Shown in pieces: positions 13,301 through 26,356 of a stretch of DNA of 64,000 nucleotides (positions are counted from its first letter, which is position 1; every line of letters starts with the position of its first letter). The DNA comes from Saccostrea echinata (taxonomy: Eukaryota): NCBI RefSeq assembly GCF_033153115.1, contig NW_026889758.1, positions 5,580,001-5,644,000 of the forward strand. The letters run 5' to 3'. Below the pieces are notes generated by a model. That model saw only the letters and a list, made by a program, of their open reading frames with translations, searched no databases and was not told the DNA's origin. The position numbers were made by a program, and so were the translations under genes.

Positions 13301-16300
13301 GTATTCAAAATTTAGCGCAATCACTAGGTATGGAGTTGTTGGCAAAATCATGAATTAGCACTATACATGTCCGTGCCATAAATTGTATTTATAAATGATT
13401 TCTTAGCAGTATTCATGAATTAGTGCATCGTTGCCTGTGCCAAAGCCGCTAAAATATGAAGCCCACTTTTTTTAAGTACACATACAGTACTACCTGTATT
13501 ACTTACCAGTCCCCAGAACAGACCTAAAGCAGCAGCCTCTTTCTGCATGAGTTGTAAGACATGCTCTATTTTGGAATTGTAATTTTCTATCTCTTTATTT
13601 TCTTGAGCGAATGCTCGGACCGTTCTGATGTTACTGATTCTCTCCTCTGCAACCTACGTAAGAGTTTGTCTGATTAAGATTCAATGGAGTGTTTGTTTCT
13701 TCTGTTGGATAAAGTTCATGGTAAATTGTTCTATGCAGAGCAATAAGCATAGCATATACAGCTGATTAGAAGACATATTTACTGTCATCAAATATGACGT
13801 GTTACATAGAGGAATATCAAACATACCTGGGTTGCATTAGCAAGAGAGTCCTGGACATTTTTGGTGATTTTCTTTTGATAGGACCCATAATATCTGGATA
13901 CCAGCATGAGAGGAGGAACAACACAGATCACTATACCAGTCAGTTTGGGAGACACATACAGCTAATTCAAAAAGATGCAAAAAGAATTTTATTTGACATA
14001 TATACAATAGTACTTACAGGTACATATTATTTATCAGTATCAGAACACAGTGTGTACCATATTAATTCTTATCCAAGTAAGATTTATAAGCTTCCTGGAA
14101 ATTTGTCTCTATATAATCAATACCCACCCATTTCCACATAGTACACAAATATTTTTACAGCATAAGCATACTATGTCGTAATAGTGCTTCCATTATGTCA
14201 GCACCCACACTAGGGATAAAACACATGACCCCTAGAATGTCAGTCATAATTGCTTTCAATTGTTCCATAGAAACCTTTAGTTTACACAATGTATTTCTAA
14301 TACATGTATATATAAATGGAATTTCAAACATCTGACATAAAACAAGAAATATGAAAACAAATATAATTCCAAAAATAGTGTCATTGTTGACAAGAATATT
14401 AAAGAAAAAAAAATTTCATACTTATAAGTCACATATTGTCACATTAACTGGTTACACAGAGTCATGAAAACACTTTATCAAAAGCACTTGATTAAAGAAT
14501 GTATTTGAAAATTATCAATAAAATTTGACATCTGCAAACATGCTTGGGGTGGGGGTAGGGGATCTAATTAAATTCCTATTTTCATACAACAGTCAGCATA
14601 ATAATTACAAAAGAGTTGTGTTGTGCATGTACTAACTAGTAGTCAGGGTTCGACACATAGTGCACTTCCCTCCAATTCATGCACCATGTGGCAAGCCTGG
14701 ACTACTATTACTATTTTAGGCATAGTACATGCAAAACGCAACTTTAATTATATAAAATATTTGATATGTTGAAAAAAAGGTCTTTTTAACCATTCTAATT
14801 AAAATCTAACTTCTTATGTCTACTCTGTAAAATTTGTATAATAATTAGGTCAACAGATTGGATCTGTGAAGTCTCCTTTAAGAAGAAATTACTTTTGAAA
14901 GATATGATAGAAAACTGGAAATAATTCTACACTTTACCATCATGCCCACACCACCCGCTGCCTGTGCCACTGCCCGCAAGCCATCCGAAACATTCATGGT
15001 AATAGATCTGCCCACCAGCGAAGTGTCTGTAGAGAGTCGGTTGATTAGCTCCCCTGTCCGGTTCTTGTCAAAGAATCCTACCTCCTGTCTCACAATAGAC
15101 AGGAAAAGTTTTTCTCTAAGATTTTTAACAATTATATTGCCTGAAAGCAATAAAAATCAGCATATCTATATATAATTTGAAGTTGTGCAGTACATAGATA
15201 AAAATAACTTTTAATGAACATATTAAATCTGTTATAGAAATCTGAGAAATTCAGAACTTTTTAGCAAAAATATATATGCATTGTTATTAGATAATGTATG
15301 TTAAGTATGTATTTTAAATGGAAATAATAAAAAAAATCCCTTTTCTGTATGATTTATTTAAAAACTTCATTTCTTCTTTAATTTACCTGAATTATTCATG
15401 ATGTATATTCTTCCCATGTTAGCAATAGCACCAATGATAAAGACACAGATCAGGATCTGACATATATTTGTTAATGTGGCAGTCATATTCTCACTGTCTG
15501 AGTAAATAGTGTCTATGACTTTACCAATACAAAATGGAATGGACATTGAAATACCACTGGATATGATCAGCAATCCCACAGCACCTACAAATGCATATTC
15601 TACAGTAACTTTTACTCACATGTGAGAAATATTTGCATGTTTCGCATCCTTTGTTAACTTGGGATTATTTCTTGCAGCAAACCAATTATATACTTGTGCA
15701 TTTATGCTAAGTGTTTCCTTAGTTGCAAAAAGTAGTGGTCATGGATTGATTTCAAACTGATGAATTGTAAATAAAAGATCTGGAATAATATTTGGTTAAA
15801 GGATCTTCTCCCAAATCTTTCACCATTCATAAGCAATAATAGTCAATTGTGAACAAATCTGATGAAACATTTCTAGTTATTTCAATACACAAATGTAAAC
15901 TGATGTATTTTTAGTTAACAAAGCACTGAAAGAAATTAATTCATGGCATTACTCTTATAACATGTATAAATTTTTTAAAAATCAAGAATTCAAAATATGT
16001 CTGATAGAACGTTCTATCATTAAAATGATATTGTCCTACAGACCCGGTCTGTTGAGGGCTTGTCCCGAGACACAGATTATTCTAACTAAAAATATTTATA
16101 CTTTGAATTTGAGTTGAGTTAATTTCTGTGGAGCTCAGACCTACTAATTTTTAATTATCAACTCTATATTAATGTATCAAAATAGAAACTTACCTGCTAG
16201 CTTCCATTTTTCTGATTTTGCTAATGAAAGAAGTCTGTAAATTTCTTCTGAGGTTGGGACTTTCTTTTTTACATGATTCTTGTCCAAGGTCGTAGAACTT

Positions 16301-16539
16301 GACTTTCGTCGTGATACAAAGCTTTTGATTTTATTAAAGAGACTATTTCTGGTCGACTCCCCAGTTGATACATTTTGAGATCTGAGAATATTTGATTTGG
16401 ATACCAACGAGTTACGGAACGTCCTATAGAATGTGTTACGAAATCGTCTGGGTACGACATATGGACTAGAAATTAGACACAATCTAAAAGACTGTGAATT
16501 AAGATGTGTAGTCCACTTGAAACAGAGTCTGTGTGACAT
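10399..16539 (-). CDS. ABCB10: ATP-binding cassette subfamily B member 10, mitochondrial (678 aa). Exons: 16194-16539, 15387-15584, 14938-15140, 13827-13961, 13507-13653, 12796-12931, 12550-12645, 11961-12167, 11540-11800, 11354-11397, 11209-11243, 10399-10627.
   Basis: All 11 introns are GT-AG with compatible phases and the CDS totals 2037 nt. Long Arg/Ser-rich N-terminal presequence; TMD motifs [15 protein letters not shown] and [15 protein letters not shown]; Walker A GSSGSGKS; Q-loop VSQEPVLF; signature [14 protein letters not shown]; Walker [13 protein letters not shown]; H-loop IAHRLSTI. The [18 protein letters not shown] segment is typical of ABCB10. Confidence 0.93.
10654..10976 (+). 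mobile_element. Helentron-like short element in the last ABCB10 intron
   Basis: aacaagatgtgtttgtgaaacactatgcccc...(acag)n...ggatctttcgatcc hairpin...ggggcataaaaa. Confidence 0.7.
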
Positions 16540-16593
16540 CCTTTCCGGTTACCCTTTATTACAAACTAGGCGTGAAGTCCCAGAGAATCACCT

Positions 16594-16650
16594 TCACACC
16601 CAAATGGCACAACTTACGAAATGTTTTGCCATGGGCGCCGCCATGTTGAA
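16594..16650 (-). promoter_or_regulatory. YY1-type motif / upstream ATG (aacATGGCGGCG) opening a 16-codon uORF upstream of ABCB10
   Basis: Minus strand ttcaacATGGCGGCGCCCATGGCA...GTGTGA; in frame with, but stopped before, the ATG at 16539. Confidence 0.5.
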
Positions 16651-17557
16651 ATCTTGTTAAGTTATACGTTTCCTATTTCGCCTAAAGGAAACGGTCTCTT
16701 TTTGTTCTGGGATTGTTGATCAATCTATCTTATATTAAAATCTATTTAGTAATGAATGACAAACTGCTATGCGATAGTAATAGTTTTGTTTACATACACC
16801 TCTGCTATTTATGACAAAGTGTAATGGGAAAAAATCATTCAGTGCGAATAGTTGGGACCGTTAATATCGGCTGGAATTGGTGGCTTTCCCCCCCCCCCCC
16901 TTTCCATTTTTTTTCTTTTTTTTTGAATCTGGGGTCAACATACTCTTTACCTATTTTTGTATCCTAATATGCACTATATGATATCGATAATGTAGCCCTG
17001 TTGTCTCAATAAACTGTTTTTAAATATATCGTTTTTTGACCGATACATCAGTAAAAAAATCTTTTAATTTTTTTTTTATTTGTAAATAGGGCTTCCCCTC
17101 TCGCACGCGCTTTTTATCTAGAGACAATGCTATAGTAGTGGCCCTTCACTTCAATGGAAGAAGAAAAAGTATAACGATTATCTTCAGACTGTGACGACAA
17201 TTTCGTCTGATAATCCTGAGACAACCACAGTTTCTTCTCCCATATTTAGGAACAATAGAATATGATAACATGTCCTCCTCCGTGTCAACTAACCATCATA
17301 GTAACTTCTCTGATTAGAAATTCTATGTGATTGATCTGCTGTGAAGATTAATTAGCATTTTTACAATATAACTTCGGAATTATTTATCTATTTAATTTTG
17401 TTTTTGATGAAAACTAAGGAAGTTATAGCCATTTCAAGTGTCAGCCAATTAAACTACAGCACACGTCCTGCGCGTGTTTTCAAGAATTTCCTATGTAACA
17501 TTTTGTAGATACATGTACTTATAATATATACCTGTATTTTAAATTTCAAAGTATTTT

Positions 17558-17908
17558 GACCGTCACGGTAGTTCAGCCGGTAGAGCGCTCGCTCCGTGAT
17601 CAGAAGGTCGTGTTCGAATCACGAACCGCGACTGACTTAAGTCGATAAAAAATAGGTAGCAACTGTTCTTTCGCCAAGCACTCGGCACATTGAAGTGAAA
17701 GCTGCGGGTCCTTCGGACGAGACCTTAAAAACCGAGGTCCCATGTCACGGTAGGCGTTGGCACGATAAAGAACCCTCACTGCTTAATGACCCTGAGTGCC
17801 GAGTAAAGGTCAAAATTTGAAGCCCTTCATCGGTATATGGTGACGTCTCTATATGAGTGAAAAGTTCTCGAACGGGACGTACAACAACATACAATCAATC
17901 ACAATCAA
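17558..17908 (+). mobile_element. tRNA-derived SINE, same family as 2973-3290
   Basis: gaccgtcacggtagttcagccggtagagcg...gttcgaatc head, same core, (caat)n tail. Confidence 0.85.
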
Positions 17909-18233
17909 TTTGCTGGTGGGAATGGGAGAATAAGGCTACATGTACATGTATATCACCAGCAAAGTCCTGGTCTTCTACTGTTGTGAGTGTATACCCATCT
18001 GATACAATATATAAACTTTTTCACGTTAGTCTGTAAGTTGTAAGTATCTCTTGCATTCTGGGCTTTAAGTATAACTTTATGAAGCGCTCATCAATAGTTT
18101 TTATGTCAACTTCAGATGCAGAGTTGGAAACACCAGCATCGAGTTTGACATTAAAACAGGAGTCCGTCAAGGCTGTCTAGTGTCATCAACATACACTATT
18201 CATCATAGCGATTGACTGGGTCATGAAGAATAC

Positions 18234-18684
18234 AATTTCCTTTGCAGAGCAGGCACTTTGTATTTATAATATTTACATTTCCAATGTCTTTGTTCGAGAT
18301 AAAATTTCAAATAGTAAAAATACTTTATTTCTACATATATTCTACTGGTTCATCGATATAGGCGTGGTGAAAAAAAATCACGTGCGGGGCGGGATAAATA
18401 GAGACAGAAGCGGGGCTTGTAGCACGTGAATTTGCAGAATTAAGAGCATGTAAATATAAAGAATAACTGTCAGATTTTTTGGTTTCATGACGATGATCAA
18501 TCGATTGGCTTGCGTGATAATTTTATGCATAAACGCCATCGGCGTTTATGCAAATTATCACGCAAGCCAATCGATTGATCACATCATGAAACCAAAAAAT
18601 TAGACAGTTATTCCTTAACTATAGTTATATTACAGTAACATAACTATAGTATAAATACAAAGTGCCTGCTCTGCAAAGGAAATT
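18234..18684. mobile_element. TIR element (35-bp perfect TIR, possible TAC TSD) containing a second ~160-bp palindrome at 18457-18617
   Basis: aatttcctttgcagagcaggcactttgtatttata at 18234-18268 and its reverse complement at 18650-18684; inner arms gaataactgtc...gacagttattc centred on aaacgccatcggcgttt. Confidence 0.8.
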
Positions 18685-19061
18685 TACAGGACAGTTTACA
18701 TGTTATACAGCAATATCCCAGTCTACATAGGGTGATGTAAGACGGCCATACTTGGTCTGTCCATAACATTGTGTGTGCAAGGTGATTTTCCAAATTCATT
18801 ATTAAAAATAAATTTGTCGTAAATTGTGTACATGTGAGTATTAATGAAAAAGATTTTGTTTTTGTAAATAAAGAGCCAATTTCTCTTGATTATGTCGCTA
18901 TTATGTTAAGTGGTTCTTGGAAAATTTTACAAAGTGTACAATTCCCCATTCAGTGAACTGCATTATTACTTAAGTAGTATAATACAGTCGAGAATTGTGT
19001 TCTTTTTGTCAATTGTCATCGCTAGTCTTATGCTGCCGAGTTCTGTCAGAGAAGATAAGCA

Positions 19062-22000
19062 ATGCACGACAAACACGTAGTCATAGTCGGTGCTGGTTTG
19101 GTGAGTAATGTGTGAAACATTAACTGAAATAATTATCTAAACAGCAAAATTGCATTGAAAAATTTGTAATATCAGAAGCCAAGAGAAATGGATACTGAGA
19201 TGTTGAAATTATGTTCGAGTCATTTAACTGAATTCAGAATGTAGCACATGTTCTTGCTTTCTATGACATAAAGCTGTGAAATGATTTTGTATTAATAGTT
19301 ACTCAAGATTGAGATGTTTAATTTGGATTCAGGCTGTGATTTTTAAAACCCCTCACAAGGTTGAATTCAAACATTTTTATTTGTTGTGATTTCAAAGTCT
19401 TCCTTGTCAGCCATGATTAGATGTAGAGATGTAGCATGGCCAGGAAATACAAAGAAGAAAAGGACACTTAGTCTTTACTGCCGTCATAACGAGTTCAAAA
19501 TGGACTTGGAACTTAACTAACTTAAAGTATAATTTTTCTCATTCACCTATTAGAAATATATTTATTCATTTGAATGTCCCTATCTTAGGTAAACCAAGAG
19601 ATAATTATAAATCGAAGACTTCAAGAAAGAAAATATAAGAAACTATCACCAGAGACAGTTGGGTTCTATTCAGGTCACCATCTCCATTACTCCAACACTA
19701 ATGTCGGTACTATGGTCAGTCACAGTGACCGACCTTTCAGGAAAACAACAAGACAAGCATGCAACAAAAAACAGCTTCAGTTTTATTCAGATCAACGAGT
19801 TGGTGCTGGTCTTTACTAATATTAACTAAAAACCCTTTTCACCCATTCTTCCCCCTACGGTTCAGTTTGTTGGAGGACACAGAAGGTTTATATACATTAG
19901 GAGCACTGGGGGTCAGGTCATTCCATACATTCATGCTAATTATAATAATTACTTACTATAAATATTACAAATTCAACTTTATTTTTTCAGGTTGGTGCGT
20001 TTAATGCCATTTTATTAGCAAAACGAAATTTTAAAGTGAGCGTGTACGAGAAAAGGCAAGGTGAGATTTCTAAACAAACTTTTTCATTTAATTGAAAATC
20101 TCTGCATCATAACCCCATGAGCAATAAGGTGATTTAGTTAGCATTTGTCCATACAATGTAAATCCAATTCTTTGATTAAACAAAATGTTTATATACAATA
20201 ATAGAAAATCATGTGATTAAAATTCACATTAACCACCGCATTGTAGTAGACAACAAAAGAATTACTCAGTATAAGAAAACCTCACTATTGCTATAATGTG
20301 GCATTAGTGGATGACTATGTATCTTATGGTATTTTTGTATAATATATGTGTATTTATAATGTTATTATATTTACAATTGTTATACCATTTGTGGCTGATG
20401 TGGTTATCATTTTTGTTATATCATTTGTGGCTGACGTGTTATTTTGTGTTATATCATTAATTTTGTGAATGACGTGGTTATTACCGGTATTTGTGTTACA
20501 TCATTTGTGGCCGACGTGTTATTTTGTGTTATATCATTTGTGGCTGACGTAGTGAACATGACTGGATGATAAATTTGATGTCAAGTCATCCACTTACGCT
20601 TTATGCTACATTGTATTAGTTGTGGATTTTATAACATAAGTAATTTCTATACCACATGTCTTTGTCGCCAAGGAAAATTCATTAGAATCAACTTCAGAAT
20701 ATATAAATCCATCGATCCATCAACCTTCAATTATCTCTAATATCCTACTTTACTTTTTTGAAGTATTTAACGCATACTATTGTATCACGATGTCATTTAT
20801 TCTTCATCTTTATTCTTCGCAAAATCTAGGAATGTCCAAATCATTCTGATGTTTCAATCGACTCTTTGGAAACTAAGTCGAGTTGTACTCGATTAATTGT
20901 TGCAACATTATATATACTTAACTTCGCTCCTTATTGACTGCAAGGCTCCTTTCGTTAAGATTGTGCAACCTTGCATTGAATGTATAAGTCGATGGAAGAT
21001 ATCTTTAATATATTGGTTCTGAAATGCGTTTTGCATTTTTACCATGAAATGTATGGAGATAACGAACAAACTCAAAAGCTCAAAAGTCCATTAAACAATA
21101 CAAATTTTGGAACAGAGCAAACACGGACCTCTAAAAGATCAGAGGTGGGATCAGGTGCCATGGAGAAGTGAGCATCCCCTGCAGACCGGTCACACCCGCC
21201 GTGTGCTCCTTGTCATGATCTGGAAATAATGGAAAAATCCGTCGACAATTCAGTGTGCAAATAATGGCCTAATACTTTGTATGAAAAACGTCAGTCAGCA
21301 TTTGACTTAGAGATAAATTGTATTTGCTGACAAGGTCATTGTATCGACCATAGAACTTACAAAATGACGACTTTAAACGAGACTGATGATATTCTTGTTT
21401 CATCAACTTGTTTGTCAATAACTTTCATCGTTTTAGAAATTGTTCACCATGCATCGGCCATTATTTTTTTTATAATTGTCTGTATCGCTGATTGGGGAGT
21501 ATTATAACATTTCTTTTATTAAATACAATGGTGGCCAGCTGACCCCAGAGATTATCCCAGGTCATCCTTACTCTCAATATCATCTTGCACTATAAGAAAG
21601 AGAATTTGCCAGTTCTGTATTTTTTTTTTTGAAAACAGTTCACTAAGTTTAAGTTAGTTTAGTTTTTATGCCGTATATAAATAAATATTTTTAATTAATC
21701 GAGTAATGTGTTTTAGTTAATAATTGGTAAATCGAGTACTCGTTGACAACCATTGTAAAATCTAACTCAAAATGAAAGACACCAAAGAGTCTGCCATATC
21801 TTGTTTCAAATACTGACTATAGCCGATAAGGGCAAACTTTGCTAAACTGTTTGACAAACGAGATGACTTCAGCTTTTCCATCGTCAACTTTCCTCATTCA
21901 TGTAGTAATATTACACAAGCACATGCATATGGTGTTAACTAGTATGTCTCCCAACTTATTCGATGCTCGAGAGCATGCTTTAAGAACGGTCAATTTTTAA

Positions 22001-25000
22001 ATCGAGGTAGGCTACTTACATATTAGTTGGTGTTGCAAGGATTTCAACAGCCTCGTATAAAGTCAGCATTTCGTAAATTCCACGGTCGTTATAATGACCT
22101 TATAAGCAAATACAACCTATCATTGGGTCGTATTTTGACCAACATATTACATACGAATTGTTAGGTCTTTGTTTTTATACTAAATTTGACTAAAGATTAC
22201 TCCGACTACCTTTATCTATATATACGGCTCATGGCAGGTATGACCGGTCGACAGGGGATACTTACTCTCAGCACCTTATCCTACCTCTGGAATTTTAAGG
22301 GCTCCGTGTTTTATGCCGTTTCACAGCTTTGTATTGTTTGTAGGTTTGTTTGTAGGTTTTTTATTTTAGATCGATCCTTGTTCTTTATCTTCAACAATTT
22401 CCTATCTTACGTTTACTTGTATAAATAAGAAACTCTTCAGGATATAATCAATGTTAATAGTGTATTGTGTATTGTTACCACCTTACCATATTGTTCCCCT
22501 TCTTGATTACTTCCTCTCTGAGGATGTATAGATTTAAAAAAAAAAGGTCAAAGTCATCATTTCATGAATGTCATTTTTGTGTTTGGATAGATAAACTGAA
22601 GAAGTGTATTATAAAATTCTCGCTGACCTGAACACTATAAATTGTTCATAAAATACACAAATTTTCTTTCCGTTTACCATTCAAGATTCTCAAAGTATAC
22701 AATTATTCCCTGTTCTGTTGATATCATTACACAACAACTGCAATTGATAATCTATGTCGTGCTGTGTAATATCTTCAGTATAAGTGTTGTTATGTCTATT
22801 TTAAGAATAACGTCTTAATAATGAGCCACTTTATTTCAAATTCTATCCTAATGCTTGTTGGAAATAAATATTTGTTTCACATGATTTTATTCACTAAATC
22901 TCAAAAAAAAAGAGAAAGAAAACAATATTACGTTCAGGATGAAATTCTGTGTGAGATATTATGTATGAATCTTTTTTATATAATAAAATCTCAGTTCGAT
23001 TCATCGCGGCGCTCGCTTCGTGATCGGGAGGCCGGGCTCGATTCTCGTTCGCCGCGCTGCGTCAAACTAGACGTAAACATAGATATTGACTAATCATTCG
23101 CCATGTGCTCGGCACTAGAAGTGAAAGTCACGGGTCTTTTGGATGAGACCTTAAAAACCGAGGTCCCGTGTCACGGTAGGCGTTGGCACGATAAAGAACC
23201 CTCACTGCTCAATGGCCATAAGTCCCAAGTATAGGTCTAAATTTGAAGCCCTTCACCGGCATACGGTGACCTCTCTATATGAGTGAAAAATTCTCGAATG
23301 GGACGTTAAACAACATACAATCAATCAATCGATTTCTCGTATTAATATTTCATGTATATTATGTCATATTTTCCATAGTGATGTAGCTTTGAAGGATTTA
23401 AGTTTTTCAAAGACCTGTCAGTAACGTCATTTATTACATTTTCGGCAAGCCTTTAGAGTAAAACCCACCTTTATCACGTTCGAATTCGATAAAAAGACTA
23501 GTTCGGAAAATAAATTTTTGACTTTCTTGAACTTCAAACAACAGAAAATAGACCTTGAGTATAATTATATGTACTCAAGATCAATGAAGAACATTAGCTA
23601 CGGTATAACACAGTAAGGTCAGCAAATTTATGAAGCAACATTGATGATTTGACTTAGCTTTTTGAAACAGACATAAGAAGGGTACCGCCAATCAAGGGCC
23701 AGAGGACAGCAAATTTGGCCCTGTCCTGTCGTGGAATGGAGGCACTCCGCCATGTAGGGTTGGAGAGGGAGATAACCCCATACCAGGTACCTATGTTTTC
23801 TAGGATGGTTCACAAAGAAGATGGAACGTTGCACCCCCTCAATTATGGCAGGAAAGATCAGGTCAGTTAACAAAGAAATAACTCGCTGATAACATAGTGT
23901 TGTGATCAGCATTTGAGATATTTGTCTCATGCATATTACGTTAATTCATACTGACTGAATCAATTCTATTCTTTTAGTTCATTTTGTCGACACAAAGAAA
24001 TAAACTGAACGAGATTCTTCTTAATGGTAAGGAAATAAGAAATTACTAGTATTGGAATAAATACGAATATATTTGAAACTTTTATATATAAATCCAACGA
24101 ATAGCAATAATAGCTGAACAATTTTGAATTCATTGAGTGGCATGGAATACGAAATCATATTAACTATATAGCTAATTACGTATTTAAATTTTTTAGTAGT
24201 ATAATTGTGAAATTTAAAAAAGATTGAATCTTAATCATAAAATGCATTCTTTTTTGTCGCCATCATTTATGGATGATGCAGCTGCAGAGAACCTCCCAAA
24301 TGTCACGTGCTATTTTGAACACACCCTGAAAAATTGCAATTTACAGCAAGGAGACCTAGAATTCTTACAGTAGGTTTGACTTGGCATGTTTGTCGGAATG
24401 TCAATGCAATCAAATTTATAAAAATTAATTATAAAAAATTAACTTTCTTTTAGCAATGAAAAGAAGGTACATGTACATGCAGACTTGGTTTTGGGAAATG
24501 ACGGGGCACATTCTACAATACGAAGGCAAATGATGGAATTCACTATGATGGATATACAGCAATTCTATGTTCCGTATGGATATATTGAATTAGAGGTGGC
24601 CAAAACTAAAGATAATAATGTGAGTTACGGTTTGGTCCATCAGTATAAAGGATACCAAAAAGTTTCTATAAAAATAAAGTTTATTTATCCTAATTTTCCT
24701 TTAATATTTCTCCACAATATCCGTGTGTTAATATAACGTCAATACATACTGCAGTTTCTATAAATCTCGATTCTTGTAAATGTTACTCAATTCTTGTAAA
24801 TGTTACTTGTAAATGTTACTCGATTCTTGTAAATGTTACTCTACTGATTCGATTAAGATACAGTTAATTATTATAATTTATTTTATCAGTTTGCTATGGA
24901 CCCTAAATACCTTCATTTGTGGCCACGTGAAGAGTTTCTGATGTTGTGCACAGCAAACTGGGATAGAACATTTAACATTCTGTTATTTATGACATTTGAT

Positions 25001-26270
25001 GCTTTTGCAAATCTTCAGACAGAAACTGACGCAGTCCAGTTGTTCAATCAGCACTTTCCCGATGTTCTTCCTTTTGTTGGGGAGTAAGAGATTTTCAAAT
25101 AAGTCTTTCTTAATTAATTACTGTAAAAATTGAAAAGTTAAATCATGCACAACAAACACTTGTTAATCCTTTATAATTTCTTTATTTGTTACAGAGAAAA
25201 CCTGAGGAAGTCTTTTCCTTTTTGGAGGCCTTGTCCAATGATTACAATTAAGGTGCCTACTAAAGGTTATTAATATCAATCAAAAATAACTGTAAAATAC
25301 AGAAAATATAAGAAATAATATCAAATCAACACCAAGTATTTTTAAATCCGTAACATTTAGAAAAGAATGTAATCAAAACGTTTAAACTTAAGTGTAAGTT
25401 GTTAAAAAAATCAATTTCAAAATTCTAAATATCAAAATGAAATGGACAGTCTTTCATTAATAACAGTTCAACAATGTATCAATTTGGTTATTTCTTTGTA
25501 TATCTTCTCAATCGATAACTAATCCAGTGTTTACCCTATCATGTGGGGGACAAAGCCTTAATAATGGGAGATGCTTCCCACGCCATGCTTCCTTTCCTTG
25601 CCCAAGGAGTGAACTCGGTATGTCTTAACTTGAGCTTTATAAAAATAAAGTATGAATTTAAGATGTAGACTATATAATAATGTTGAGAAAAGAAGACTGA
25701 TATGATGCAAACTAGAAATTCAGATCGACTTAAAACTTCATTTGTTTAAAACATGTAGCATTTATCTTTCACTTTTTTCTGATGTAAACTGTTTAAAAAT
25801 TACTGGTAGGACTTGCTCTCAACAAGAGGTCCTTGGGCCACAACGATTAAATAGGTCACAATGGTCAAATTTTAAATCATCCATATTCCTGAGATTGCTT
25901 ACAAATACATATGAATAATTATGTCCCATTAGTTCTCGAGAATCTTTTTTCTATTTATTCCTATTCCAAATAATTATACCCCTCCCCCTTCCCTGGAAGA
26001 ATTGAGTCAGATCTGCTGAGTATGCTTGCATATTAATATGAGTAATCATAAACCTGGTAATCCTGAAGGGAAGTTTTCAAAGATTTTATTTCTATATTTC
26101 CATGTAAAATTTTGCTCCCCTATTGTGGCCCACTCTATTCACTGGGCCATCATTTGAACAAATATGAATTTGCACTAAAGTTAATCTGTACAAAATCATG
26201 CTTGCATGTTAAAATGGCAAATCATGGCTCACTTGCTCACTTGTTCTTGAGAAGAAGAGTTTGAAAGTTT

Positions 26271-26356
<86 letters not shown>

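Noticed and set aside
11584-16660. Plus-strand ORFs 11584-11838, 13794-14141, 14942-15175 and 16433-16660
   Set aside because: They are antisense shadows of ABCB10 exons.
17558-17632. Functional tRNA gene (also 3218-3290)
   Set aside because: The tRNA-like head runs directly into a SINE body and tail that is repeated four times in the window.
23628-23930. 100-aa minus-strand ORF
   Set aside because: It is the antisense shadow of KMO exon 3 (23671-23861).
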